From positions 64,001 to 128,000 of the IMG/VR virus record IMGVR_UViG_3300018426_001942: a DNA stretch of 64,000 nt; one strand, written 5' to 3'. Source of the DNA: a virus. Below are positions 16,826 through 25,777 of this stretch, piece by piece. Both the position numbers and the translations under genes were made by a program. Positions within the stretch are counted from its first letter, which is position 1; each line of letters starts with the position of its first letter. The notes under the pieces were generated by a model. It worked only from the letters and a program-made list of their open reading frames with translations, was not told where the DNA came from and did not search any database.

Positions 16826-17342
16826 AACATTATCTAAAAATGACAGAGATGCTGTTGAGATATTTTGTAATTCTCAGTCTTATAGCAACAACACTTCTTT
16901 AGAAAAAATGAAATGGGACTGGTGCCCGTTTTGGTGTGCAGCATTTGACCAAGAACGTATTGTAAGTATTGCTGGCGCACACGAACTTCCTGAAGTATCA
17001 CCTAATGCCTATAGACTATTATTTAGAGGCGCACAATTACCAGGCTACACGTTAGGCACTGGTAGAAATATATTTAAAACTGGAATACATTTAAGTTATC
17101 TATTGCCTATACAGATTGATTGGGCAACTAAAAATCCTAACGCACAACTTTATATTAGTACTAACATCAACAACGACGGTGGCAAAAGCCAACGTATGAA
17201 TAATACTATTATGCCAATGCTTGCTAAAACAGGAATTTGGACTTTAGATCGTAAGATGGAGTTGTACAATGTTCCGCAGAACTTGTGGCGTATTAATGTT
17301 TCAAAGTATATGGAAGAGCGTAGCCGTTCGCTAAACACCTAA
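16797..17342 (+). CDS. putative GNAT-fold acyltransferase
   Basis: Beta-hairpin FWCAAFDQERIVSIAG, RLLFRGAQLPGY, LYISTN pattern; follows the adenylating enzyme. Confidence 0.45.
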   Translation: MEKLGRLTFRTLSKNDRDAVEIFCNSQSYSNNTSLEKMKWDWCPFWCAAFDQERIVSIAGAHELPEVSPNAYRLLFRGAQLPGYTLGTGRNIFKTGIHLSYLLPIQIDWATKNPNAQLYISTNINNDGGKSQRMNNTIMPMLAKTGIWTLDRKMELYNVPQNLWRINVSKYMEERSRSLNT

Positions 17343-18399
17343 AACTATATTCATCAAAGATAGTAAAAGGTTTCTTTTTAATCTCAATTTCTTTTACTTG
17401 ATTTTGCCAATAGGGCGTATTCTTACTTGTTGCTTCATAATGTAGTGCAAGAAAATCTTCAATATGTTTTACAACCTTAACATATTGTCTATTGTAAACT
17501 TTTTGTTTACCATATAATTTAACTAGCATTTCAATTTGATACTGTATTAACCAAATTGCTTGTGCTTCTAAAGGTTCAATAAATCCAGCACTTAACCCTA
17601 TGTTTAGTATATTATCTTGATATGGTGTTGGACAATATTTACTTTCCCAATGTAATACTCGCATTTTGTCTAATTCAAGAGTATACGGACACTTTTCGAT
17701 AAACTCGCGTTTAGCATCTTCAACTGTTTGATGTTCAGTGCTAAACACGTAACCATTACCAATGCGGTTTTGTAAATAAATGTTCCACATCCAACCATTA
17801 CTCATGGCAGTTGTTTCTGTATAGTACTTTAGCTCTTTATCATAACTAGGTGCTACTACAGCACAATTATTTTTAAGGCGTGTACTAACCATTTCTCTTT
17901 TAGGAAATAATTTATTAAATCCTGTACAATTAATAATTAAGTCAGCTTGTAAATCATCAATAGTATCTAATGTACGTGTTTCTAATTTAACACCATTTGG
18001 CAATGCTACTTTATCACGCAACATAATACCAAATTTATTTGCATCTATATGATATGCATGACGCCATTTTTTATCTGGTAACTCGTAGTTTTCCATCCAA
18101 TGCATTTGCTCGTCGTGTTCTGTTTCATCAAAACAAAAATGATGAAACCAACTTTCGCCGTGCCAATTTTTATGTTTAATTGTATACTTACGAACCGCAT
18201 CACAATTATCAAATAAGTCTTGCTCAGTTAATCCGCAATCATGTATAAAGTCATACATGCTAGGCAGTGTACTTTCACCTACACCTATTATAGGTATATC
18301 TTGACTTTGGATAACTGTAATATCCCAGTCGGTCTTTTTAGAAAGATATGAGGCTGTCATCCAACCTGCTGTTCCGCCGCCTACAATAATTATATTCAT
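17293..18399 (-). CDS. flavin-dependent halogenase (tryptophan halogenase family)
   Basis: GGGTAG, IGVGEST, catalytic-Lys region AVRKYTIK, HAYHIDA, GWMWNI (WxWxI), RIGNGYVF, GFIEPLEA. Confidence 0.88.
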   Translation of the reverse strand: MNIIIVGGGTAGWMTASYLSKKTDWDITVIQSQDIPIIGVGESTLPSMYDFIHDCGLTEQDLFDNCDAVRKYTIKHKNWHGESWFHHFCFDETEHDEQMHWMENYELPDKKWRHAYHIDANKFGIMLRDKVALPNGVKLETRTLDTIDDLQADLIINCTGFNKLFPKREMVSTRLKNNCAVVAPSYDKELKYYTETTAMSNGWMWNIYLQNRIGNGYVFSTEHQTVEDAKREFIEKCPYTLELDKMRVLHWESKYCPTPYQDNILNIGLSAGFIEPLEAQAIWLIQYQIEMLVKLYGKQKVYNRQYVKVVKHIEDFLALHYEATSKNTPYWQNQVKEIEIKKKPFTIFDEYSFRCLANGYALPYTLKH

Positions 18400-19571
18400 A
18401 CGTTTATTTGTGTCCTTAAAAAAATATTTATTTTTCCTATGGGTATTTTAAAATGTAAATGGATTCTATCTGTAGAACCTTTGTTAATCGTAGTGTGTAT
18501 ACGTTTTGTATTTACAATGTAAACATTATTAGGTTCTAATACATACGGGTGTTGATCAATAATAAAATGCGAATCGTTATTAGCATACAACGGAATATGT
18601 ACTCTTACATGCTCGTCTTTATCTGCGTGAGGCGGTATTCCAGAATTTTCAGGATGCCCAGTAATAACTAATTCTTCTATATAAGGAATCTGATCGTATA
18701 GTTTTTTAGCAAAACCTTTGAGCATCTTAGTAGGCTTTATAATAGGATCAAATGCTTTCTTGTCTTTACGCATACCTGGAGGCAATGGACGTTCGTCTAC
18801 ATTTTCGCAATTAGTTAATATAGCGTATCCGTATAATCCTTTTAGATTAGTTCCTGGAACTTCGGGCATTGTCCATTTTAGGTAATCAAAATTATCTACA
18901 AGGTCATTATAGTATTCTTTAAGTTCATCAAAATTAAATTTTACATTTTCTATTTTTTTGCAATCAAAATTTATTTGAGCTGGATCTAATATCCACTCTG
19001 TATTAAGTAATTCATCTACATTGTCTACAGGTATTTTAAATATTAAATGTACTCTGTCTGTGTCGCCTTGATTAATTGTACCATGTTGATTAGTAGTATT
19101 AATAAGATATGCTTTACCTTCTTGCAAATTATACTTTGAATCACCAAATACAAAATAACTTTGATTATTCGTTTGTATAGGTATATGCACTTTTACAAAC
19201 TCAGTATTATCTATATGTTGTTGTATAACTGTATCAGGTGGGTGGGCACTTATAACTGTTTGTCTAATATCAGGTATTGCATCTACAATATACTTGCCAA
19301 ACCCAAATACAAGCTCAGTAGGATTATCAAACGTACCTAATACTTCACTGTCATGTTTAATGTCATATGGCGGACAAGGCTTTGTAGTGTCTTTTAAATT
19401 ACTTTGTATAGCCCAACTGTATACATTGTTTACTTTGTGATCTAATGTATTTGTACTATCTGGTTGCCACTTTAAGTTGTCATACTGAGATACTTTAGCA
19501 TAATAGTCTTTTAGTTCTTGCAACGAAAATTTAAAGTTAGGTAATTCTTTAATATCAAAATCAAACATCAT
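18396..19571 (-). CDS. tandem two-domain AspH-like Fe(II)/2OG oxygenase
   Basis: Domain 1 QHID..KVHIP...HGTIN..DRVHL; domain 2 PHAD..RVHIP...HTTIN..DRIHL. Confidence 0.85.
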   Translation of the reverse strand: MMFDFDIKELPNFKFSLQELKDYYAKVSQYDNLKWQPDSTNTLDHKVNNVYSWAIQSNLKDTTKPCPPYDIKHDSEVLGTFDNPTELVFGFGKYIVDAIPDIRQTVISAHPPDTVIQQHIDNTEFVKVHIPIQTNNQSYFVFGDSKYNLQEGKAYLINTTNQHGTINQGDTDRVHLIFKIPVDNVDELLNTEWILDPAQINFDCKKIENVKFNFDELKEYYNDLVDNFDYLKWTMPEVPGTNLKGLYGYAILTNCENVDERPLPPGMRKDKKAFDPIIKPTKMLKGFAKKLYDQIPYIEELVITGHPENSGIPPHADKDEHVRVHIPLYANNDSHFIIDQHPYVLEPNNVYIVNTKRIHTTINKGSTDRIHLHFKIPIGKINIFLRTQINV

Positions 19572-19986
19572 GATACCTTTCTAATAGACTATAAACATGT
19601 TTGTTATGACCTCTGTCATCTATTGTTTCGTTATTATAATACTTTTTAACATAGTTGGCAACAGCAACACTTCTCGATTGTCCTTTTGCACAATATACAT
19701 GTAATGTAGCACCCTCTGGTATTTTGCGTATAAAACTTATAATTTGTTCTGCTTGTTTATCGCTACATGCTGTGGCATGTATTATTCGTTGTGTGTTATT
19801 GTACCATTGTATTGCTTTTAATCCTGTTTTTTCAACATCTTCAAATTTTAAATTTAAAACATTATCTGCATCTGCCATAACAGGCTCAGAATGTATCCAA
19901 TTACCATTACTGTGTATACCAATAAGATATTCGTTGTTAGGTATAGGGTGCATATCTTTCATTGCATATGTTTTTACATTAACCAT
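19561..19986 (-). CDS. CX5R protein tyrosine/dual-specificity phosphatase
   Basis: HVYCAKGQSRSVAVA P-loop, LKFED acid loop, NKHVY; probable start 19986. Confidence 0.85.
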   Translation of the reverse strand: MVNVKTYAMKDMHPIPNNEYLIGIHSNGNWIHSEPVMADADNVLNLKFEDVEKTGLKAIQWYNNTQRIIHATACSDKQAEQIISFIRKIPEGATLHVYCAKGQSRSVAVANYVKKYYNNETIDDRGHNKHVYSLLERYHDV

Positions 19987-20627
19987 GCTTTTACGTCCTC
20001 GATCCACACTTTACCATAAAGATGTACTCTGTCTGTTGTACCTTTGTTTTCAACACTATGAGGAAGTGTTGTGTTTACAAGATATGCCCAACCTGGTTCC
20101 ATGTGATATTCTTTACCGTTTATAATCCAATTACTATCTTTGTTAGTGTGTATAGGAATATGTACCCTAATTTTATCTGGACTGTCTTGATGTGTAATTA
20201 ATTTAGTTCCAGTTACATGCTCAGTTACTAACCATTTTTTACTACGAAAGGGTAGACTTTTAACAAGCTCTAATCCGTATCCTGTAAAACATTTTCTAGG
20301 ATTTAATTCATCATTATCATTATCCCTATACTCCGGTTTTGCACAACCTTGCTCAAAAGGTTTAGGACCTTCTTCGTCACTATTCCAGCATAACGTATAA
20401 TAACCAGTTTCGTCTGGTATAATATGTCCAGTCTCCCCAGTAGGGTCACTAATTGGAAACTGCCACACATGATGATTTTCTCCTACAACAAATTTCCAAT
20501 CTTTATAATTTTCTTGTAGATCATTATACCAATCCTGTAACTTTTTGACATCAACACAAAATATACGTTTAACGTCAAATCCTAGATCAACTGTTTGATG
20601 CTCTTCTATATATCTCTTCATTTCCAA
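19974..20627 (-). CDS. AspH-like Fe(II)/2OG oxygenase
   Basis: THQD..RVHIP...PHSVEN..DRVHL. Confidence 0.85.
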   Translation of the reverse strand: MEMKRYIEEHQTVDLGFDVKRIFCVDVKKLQDWYNDLQENYKDWKFVVGENHHVWQFPISDPTGETGHIIPDETGYYTLCWNSDEEGPKPFEQGCAKPEYRDNDNDELNPRKCFTGYGLELVKSLPFRSKKWLVTEHVTGTKLITHQDSPDKIRVHIPIHTNKDSNWIINGKEYHMEPGWAYLVNTTLPHSVENKGTTDRVHLYGKVWIEDVKAWLM

Positions 20628-21361
20628 TTAACTAAATCCATAAATTTATCATTGCGTATATCTGAAATAATATTTGCCCTTGCTGTTGGACTAAAGTTTG
20701 TAGTAGAATGTGTAACTCTTGAATTTATAATATAAACATTTCCTGGTTCAAAGTTATATTCTCTATTCCATTTTTCTCCCCAATAAAATTTACTATTGTC
20801 ATATGTCATAGGAATATGTAATCTAGCACAGTATCCGTCTGTATGCGGATGAAGTATATGCTCAGGCATGTGTTGCGTTATTCGTGGATTGTAAATATAG
20901 TTGCCTATTTCTTCTACTATAGATTTCCATTCTCCAAAATTATATTGGGTAAGATATGTATTATCATTATAATCAAAATCTTTTACAACATTACCGTCAT
21001 TATCAAAGTAACTTTTTAATTCTGTAAAAAATTCTACGTCAGCAGCCCAAGGAGGCGGAAGGGGTACATCTCTGTGAGTTGGCCAAGTTAATGTCCACGA
21101 GTTAATTAATGCTTCATATGTTTTGTTACGTTCCCATTCGTAATCATTTGTATCGGTAGTAAATTTATTATTGACAGATTCTTTTATGTACTCAGAACAT
21201 GTTTGAAAATTAAATTTTAAATAATCTAAGTTAGATGTAACAATATTATACCAATATTGTAAATTTTTTATAGCTATTTTTTTATCTAATATAATAATGT
21301 CCCATTCTAAACTTTCTAAAACTGACAGGTCAACTTGAGAAGGTTTTAGAACTTTATCCAT
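20618..21361 (-). CDS. AspH-like Fe(II)/2OG oxygenase
   Basis: PHTD..RLHIP...THSTTN...RANI. Confidence 0.82.
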   Translation of the reverse strand: MDKVLKPSQVDLSVLESLEWDIIILDKKIAIKNLQYWYNIVTSNLDYLKFNFQTCSEYIKESVNNKFTTDTNDYEWERNKTYEALINSWTLTWPTHRDVPLPPPWAADVEFFTELKSYFDNDGNVVKDFDYNDNTYLTQYNFGEWKSIVEEIGNYIYNPRITQHMPEHILHPHTDGYCARLHIPMTYDNSKFYWGEKWNREYNFEPGNVYIINSRVTHSTTNFSPTARANIISDIRNDKFMDLVNWK

Positions 21362-22103
21362 TAGTCATTCCTATTACATTTAAAATATGGTCTTCTGTTA
21401 CCCTTGTAATTATATGAGATCTATAGTCGTCACTTTCGTTAGTAGTTCCATGCCAATCTCCAGTGTTAAGAATATATGCTTTACCTTCTTTCATATGATA
21501 CGAACGTTCTTTATTTTCTCCGAAATGGAAAAAACTGTTTTTGTTGCTTTCTATTGGAATATGTAATTTAAGTACTTTACTATCTATATGTTGACGTATA
21601 TACATACCTGGATGATGTCTAGTAACAATCGCTTGTCTAAATGCATCTGATCCTAATTCTTCTACTAACTGTTTGAAATAGCCAAATTGTAATTTAGGCA
21701 TAATTTTTGCATCGTTAATAAAGTTATCATAATCTACTTCAGGATACATTTCAGCATTACACTGTGCTGGAGGAGGCAGTGCTTCGTAACGTTCTATAGG
21801 CCATGCTAAAGTTACACCATCAATTGGTCCGCAATAGTAACCGCAATACCCTTGCTCTACCATTTCTTTACTTTTTTCTAAATTAAGTTTTTCGGACATC
21901 TTGTTAAAGTTAAACAACATGTAATCAAAATTTTCTTTAACGTCAGTCCACCATGCTTTTAGACTTTCGACATCTACGTTATAATTTAGTTCAATTATAT
22001 CCCAATCGTTACTATTATATAAGAAGTCGTGCGTTAAGCCATGATTATCAGGATCGTAGTTTTTAATTATTCTCGAATCTTGGGTGTGTTGTGCGTTTTC
22101 CAT
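21354..22103 (-). CDS. AspH-like Fe(II)/2OG oxygenase
   Basis: QHID..KLHIP...WHGTTN...RSHI. Confidence 0.82.
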   Translation of the reverse strand: MENAQHTQDSRIIKNYDPDNHGLTHDFLYNSNDWDIIELNYNVDVESLKAWWTDVKENFDYMLFNFNKMSEKLNLEKSKEMVEQGYCGYYCGPIDGVTLAWPIERYEALPPPAQCNAEMYPEVDYDNFINDAKIMPKLQFGYFKQLVEELGSDAFRQAIVTRHHPGMYIRQHIDSKVLKLHIPIESNKNSFFHFGENKERSYHMKEGKAYILNTGDWHGTTNESDDYRSHIITRVTEDHILNVIGMTNG

Positions 22104-23532
22104 TTCTTAACCTTTCTCTCATATCCATTGCGACATAGTCATGCCCATATAGCACTAAGTCTTCCGGAATCATTTCTTCAAATTTAAACCAATGCTGTTC
22201 AAGTTGTTCTGGTTCTACATTCCATTGTAGCATTTCGCTTGACCAAATGTTTGTAGTCCACAGTACTTTTGTTCCTTGTACAGTATTTATTAGCTCAAAT
22301 AACTGGTTAGGTTGGGTCACTATGTCTACTACGTTAAAGGTATGTTTTAGTTGTCTGTATCTATCCCATAACTCTTTAAACGCTTCTCTACCCCCATGTT
22401 CTTTAACTTCTTGTTCCCAAAACTTTTTATAGTTTCCTCTGTAAGTACTACTAAAGTTATAACTGAGATCATGCTCTAATAACCATTTGTCTAAATCATA
22501 TCCATCCCAAGTTTCTAGCAAATGTTTTTTGTAATTTAAACTTGCTTCACACCAATCAAAATAATTTACTGTAGTGTCTTTATGAAAACCGTTCGAGTTT
22601 AGTATAGCAAGTGGCTTAAATCCAGCGGCTGCACTAAACAAATGATCAATTAATTTACCATCTGTTCTTACACCTTCACCTGATAGTGTTTCTGTGTTAA
22701 ATGCGTATACTCTATCCTTTTCTATAAATTCTTGATAGCCAAGTTTGCGTATCCAAGCCGCTTGACTTTGGTTTAGTCCATCATCTTGATCTTTGTTAAG
22801 CCATGCATTTGCAAGTTGCTGTGTATTCTCATATGGATATAAAAATACTTTACAATCACGCATGTCATTTGTTAAATTATCTATTCTTATGCCTGCTCGT
22901 ATAGCAATATCTATCCAGTTGCTTCCATCTGCTGTAATTTCAATATGGCTTTCTTGTGCGTTGTCTGCAGGACCTATCCATTCAGGAGTATAATGACTGT
23001 GTACTGTATTTTCACTAAGTTTGTAATTTTGTAGTAAAGGCTTTCTATCCTTAAATACGCCCATTTCATCAAACTTCGGCTTGCCAAGTTCTACCCATTT
23101 TTGTAAATTAACAAATAGATATTGTCTATGTAACCCAGGATACGAACCTTGAATTCCTGTTTGTGCTTCTTTGTCCATTATATGACCTATTGCAAAGAAG
23201 TCTTTATTGTTATCATAGTAATTTAAACTTTGAGTTATTAAACTAGGGCCTCTAAATAAAAGTAGTCCTTGACATGCAATCATTGCAAATTCTTTATCTT
23301 TTTGAAGACTTTGTTCTAATATTTCTTCAACAGTTTTATGAAATCCTACATAACTACACATGCCCATTTTAATCATACGATTAATATAAAAATAGGTCAT
23401 ATCAAAACATCTTTTTTGTAACCACTTATTATCTATGTCACGATTAATATTGAGTATGCCAATTCCTACTCTGTTATCAATTTTTAGATCTTCGTAATAA
23501 CGATCAATAGTAATACTATTCCAGTCTTTCAT
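22063..23532 (-). CDS. hypothetical enzyme-like protein (two-domain)
   Basis: 489-aa ORF in the oxygenase operon; GHIMD...YPGLHRQYLFVNL in the N-terminal part, SAAAGFKP...NYFD in the C-terminal part; function not recognised. Confidence 0.75.
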   Translation of the reverse strand: MKDWNSITIDRYYEDLKIDNRVGIGILNINRDIDNKWLQKRCFDMTYFYINRMIKMGMCSYVGFHKTVEEILEQSLQKDKEFAMIACQGLLLFRGPSLITQSLNYYDNNKDFFAIGHIMDKEAQTGIQGSYPGLHRQYLFVNLQKWVELGKPKFDEMGVFKDRKPLLQNYKLSENTVHSHYTPEWIGPADNAQESHIEITADGSNWIDIAIRAGIRIDNLTNDMRDCKVFLYPYENTQQLANAWLNKDQDDGLNQSQAAWIRKLGYQEFIEKDRVYAFNTETLSGEGVRTDGKLIDHLFSAAAGFKPLAILNSNGFHKDTTVNYFDWCEASLNYKKHLLETWDGYDLDKWLLEHDLSYNFSSTYRGNYKKFWEQEVKEHGGREAFKELWDRYRQLKHTFNVVDIVTQPNQLFELINTVQGTKVLWTTNIWSSEMLQWNVEPEQLEQHWFKFEEMIPEDLVLYGHDYVAMDMRERLRNGKRTTHPRFENN

Positions 23533-23533
23533 T

Positions 23534-24232
23534 TTACCCTCTATTAGTATAGTAACTTTCTCTTAAGACATAGAAAAAATCTCTAATGCGTCTGCCAAGT
23601 TCATAGTGTATGATCATATGTATTCTTGGCTTATCGCTGTTATTATATACAGCATGTACATTAGATATATCCATTAGGAATGCACTACCATTATTATCAA
23701 ATGGAACTCTGCCATGATCTTTAAAAACAAATCTACAACCTTCAGGATTGTTCAAACTAATATTACAAACACTTAAACGCTTTTCTTCATCTGCTCTATC
23801 TTGGTGTGGAAGAATATATCCACCTGGTTCGAGTAACATAAACCTTACACGATTTAAAAATTCCGCTGGCCATACATCAGTTAAAAACTTTTTTGTTACT
23901 GGACATTCATCTGCTACCCAAGTCCAATCTAACTGTTTAATTGATTCTTGTCTATCACCATAACTATTCAATGTTTGGGTGTCTTCATTTAGTCCGTGTA
24001 GTGTTAGACTTTTCCAGCCTTCGCCGTATTCATCTCTGTGTACATGAAACTTATCTACAAGTGCTTCTGCTTCTGCATACATTTCTTTCCAAGGTTGATT
24101 ATCTAATGCACTTAATCTAAAACACGGCCAGCCGCTTTCCATTACAACCCATTTAGGATCGAATTGTTCTGGATATATTATGTCTATTTGCTTATCATTT
24201 TCGGACAAATATTTCTCTAATTCAGCATTCAT
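23534..24232 (-). CDS. AspH-like Fe(II)/2OG oxygenase
   Basis: WKSLTLHG, RVRFMLLEPGGYILPHQD...HAVYN...PRIHMI. Confidence 0.88.
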   Translation of the reverse strand: MNAELEKYLSENDKQIDIIYPEQFDPKWVVMESGWPCFRLSALDNQPWKEMYAEAEALVDKFHVHRDEYGEGWKSLTLHGLNEDTQTLNSYGDRQESIKQLDWTWVADECPVTKKFLTDVWPAEFLNRVRFMLLEPGGYILPHQDRADEEKRLSVCNISLNNPEGCRFVFKDHGRVPFDNNGSAFLMDISNVHAVYNNSDKPRIHMIIHYELGRRIRDFFYVLRESYYTNRG

Positions 24233-24260
24233 GTTTACTTTTTTCTTTACCCCGTGTTGT

Positions 24261-24266
24261 TAAATA
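24261..24266 (+). promoter_or_regulatory. T4-like late promoter core in the divergent intergenic region
   Basis: GTTAAATA ~35 nt before GTG 24301, with AAGGAG SD. Confidence 0.5.
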
Positions 24267-24300
24267 TACTTATGCTAGTTTTTAAGGAGTATGTTTAGTC

Positions 24301-25335
24301 GTGAGATGCAAATATCTTGATAATCAAATCAATGTTGGCACCAACGGATCATATAGATTATGCTGTATGAGCTTAGAACCCGAAGGCGAATACAATATCA
24401 AAACACATACACCACAAGAATGGCACAACAGTGAATTCCATAGAGGTATCAGAGAGCAAATGGCTAGAGGTGAATGGCCTGATGCTTGTAGACGTTGTAA
24501 AGAAATGGAAGAACACGGATTACAAAGTCAACGTCAAAAAGAAAGAAGATACGGTCCAGGACTTAGCCATTTAGACTTACGTTTAGGCAATAGTTGTAAT
24601 TTAAAATGTATTAGTTGCTGGCACATGAGCTCTAGTTCAATAGCAGAAGAAGCCGTTGCTATGCACCAAGCAGGTGTTACACCATTGCATGGCGTATTAG
24701 ACGTTCCACACTTTAATTGGGCTGACGACAAAGCATTTGATAAATTACTTGATCTACCAATACACGAAGTATATATGACCGGCGGCGAACCTATGATGGT
24801 AAAACATTTGCCACGCTTTTTAGAAAGGTTAAGTCCAGAAACAATTATACGGTTTAATACTAACTGTACAATTTGGAATCCTAAATTAGAAAAATTACTT
24901 AGGAAATTTAATATGGTAATTATGAGTTTTAGTTTAGATGCGACTGACGATCGCATAAACTATATTAGGCACGGCACCAAATGGAAAGAAGCAGAAGAAA
25001 ATGCAAAACGTTGGGCTGATTTTTGTAAGGTTGATATAAGTCCAACTATTAGTATTTTAAATGCATGGTTCTATGATGATATAAAAGAATATGCAGACAA
25101 GCGTAATTGGAGCGTCTTTGAAAATTTACTCATGACACCCGACTGGTTACATGTTAAGAATGCACCCGACGAATTGAAAGCACAATTTCAAGGTGTAGAT
25201 AAATGGATGAATGAACCTGCTAATCTACTTAAACAAGAAGAATTTAAATATAATATTAATAAGTTAGACAGCTGGCGTAAAATGTATATAAAGGATTACC
25301 TACCTCCGGTAGCAAAAGCATATGGACTTAATTAA
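24301..25335 (+). CDS. radical SAM enzyme with N-terminal SPASM/twitch-like Cys cluster
   Basis: N-terminal C...LCC...CRRC; CNLKCISC; TGGEP; FNTN. Confidence 0.88.
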   Translation: MRCKYLDNQINVGTNGSYRLCCMSLEPEGEYNIKTHTPQEWHNSEFHRGIREQMARGEWPDACRRCKEMEEHGLQSQRQKERRYGPGLSHLDLRLGNSCNLKCISCWHMSSSSIAEEAVAMHQAGVTPLHGVLDVPHFNWADDKAFDKLLDLPIHEVYMTGGEPMMVKHLPRFLERLSPETIIRFNTNCTIWNPKLEKLLRKFNMVIMSFSLDATDDRINYIRHGTKWKEAEENAKRWADFCKVDISPTISILNAWFYDDIKEYADKRNWSVFENLLMTPDWLHVKNAPDELKAQFQGVDKWMNEPANLLKQEEFKYNINKLDSWRKMYIKDYLPPVAKAYGLN

Positions 25336-25777
25336 AACAAATAAACAAAAAAAGCGAAGTGTTTACAAAGGCGATGGTTACTATAGAAAACTATGGCATT
25401 TTGTAGATATGATATGGCTAGATGAACATGTAAAAATGCTAAACAGTATTGTTCCTAACTATGTTGTAGACTACGGACATAACGAAGATTCTATGTGGTT
25501 AGACACAAAAGAAATAGATGGAGTTCCAGCAAGTACACTAGAACACACACCTGAATTTATAAAAAGAGTATATAAATTTTGTTTAGAAAATATTGAGCAG
25601 ACTTTACCCTATGTACATGGCGACTGGGTATTAAGTAATATAATTGTTAACGGTGAAAACATGTATATGGTCGATTGGGATAATTGCAATGTATATCCTA
25701 AACATATAGTTATAGAAAAAATGCAAAAAGACTTACGTAGTGCATTTGGAGATAAATTTGACCCCTCAAGCATTTAG
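25322..25777 (+). CDS. small APH/choline-kinase-like phosphotransferase
   Basis: YVHGDWVLSNI (catalytic loop) and MVDWD (DFG-like). Confidence 0.75.
   Translation: MDLIKTNKQKKRSVYKGDGYYRKLWHFVDMIWLDEHVKMLNSIVPNYVVDYGHNEDSMWLDTKEIDGVPASTLEHTPEFIKRVYKFCLENIEQTLPYVHGDWVLSNIIVNGENMYMVDWDNCNVYPKHIVIEKMQKDLRSAFGDKFDPSSI

Noticed and set aside
24291-24320. Nine-codon ORF MFSREMQIS upstream of the radical SAM gene as a precursor peptide
   Set aside because: The SD is only 1 nt from this ATG and fits GTG 24301 better; too short to support
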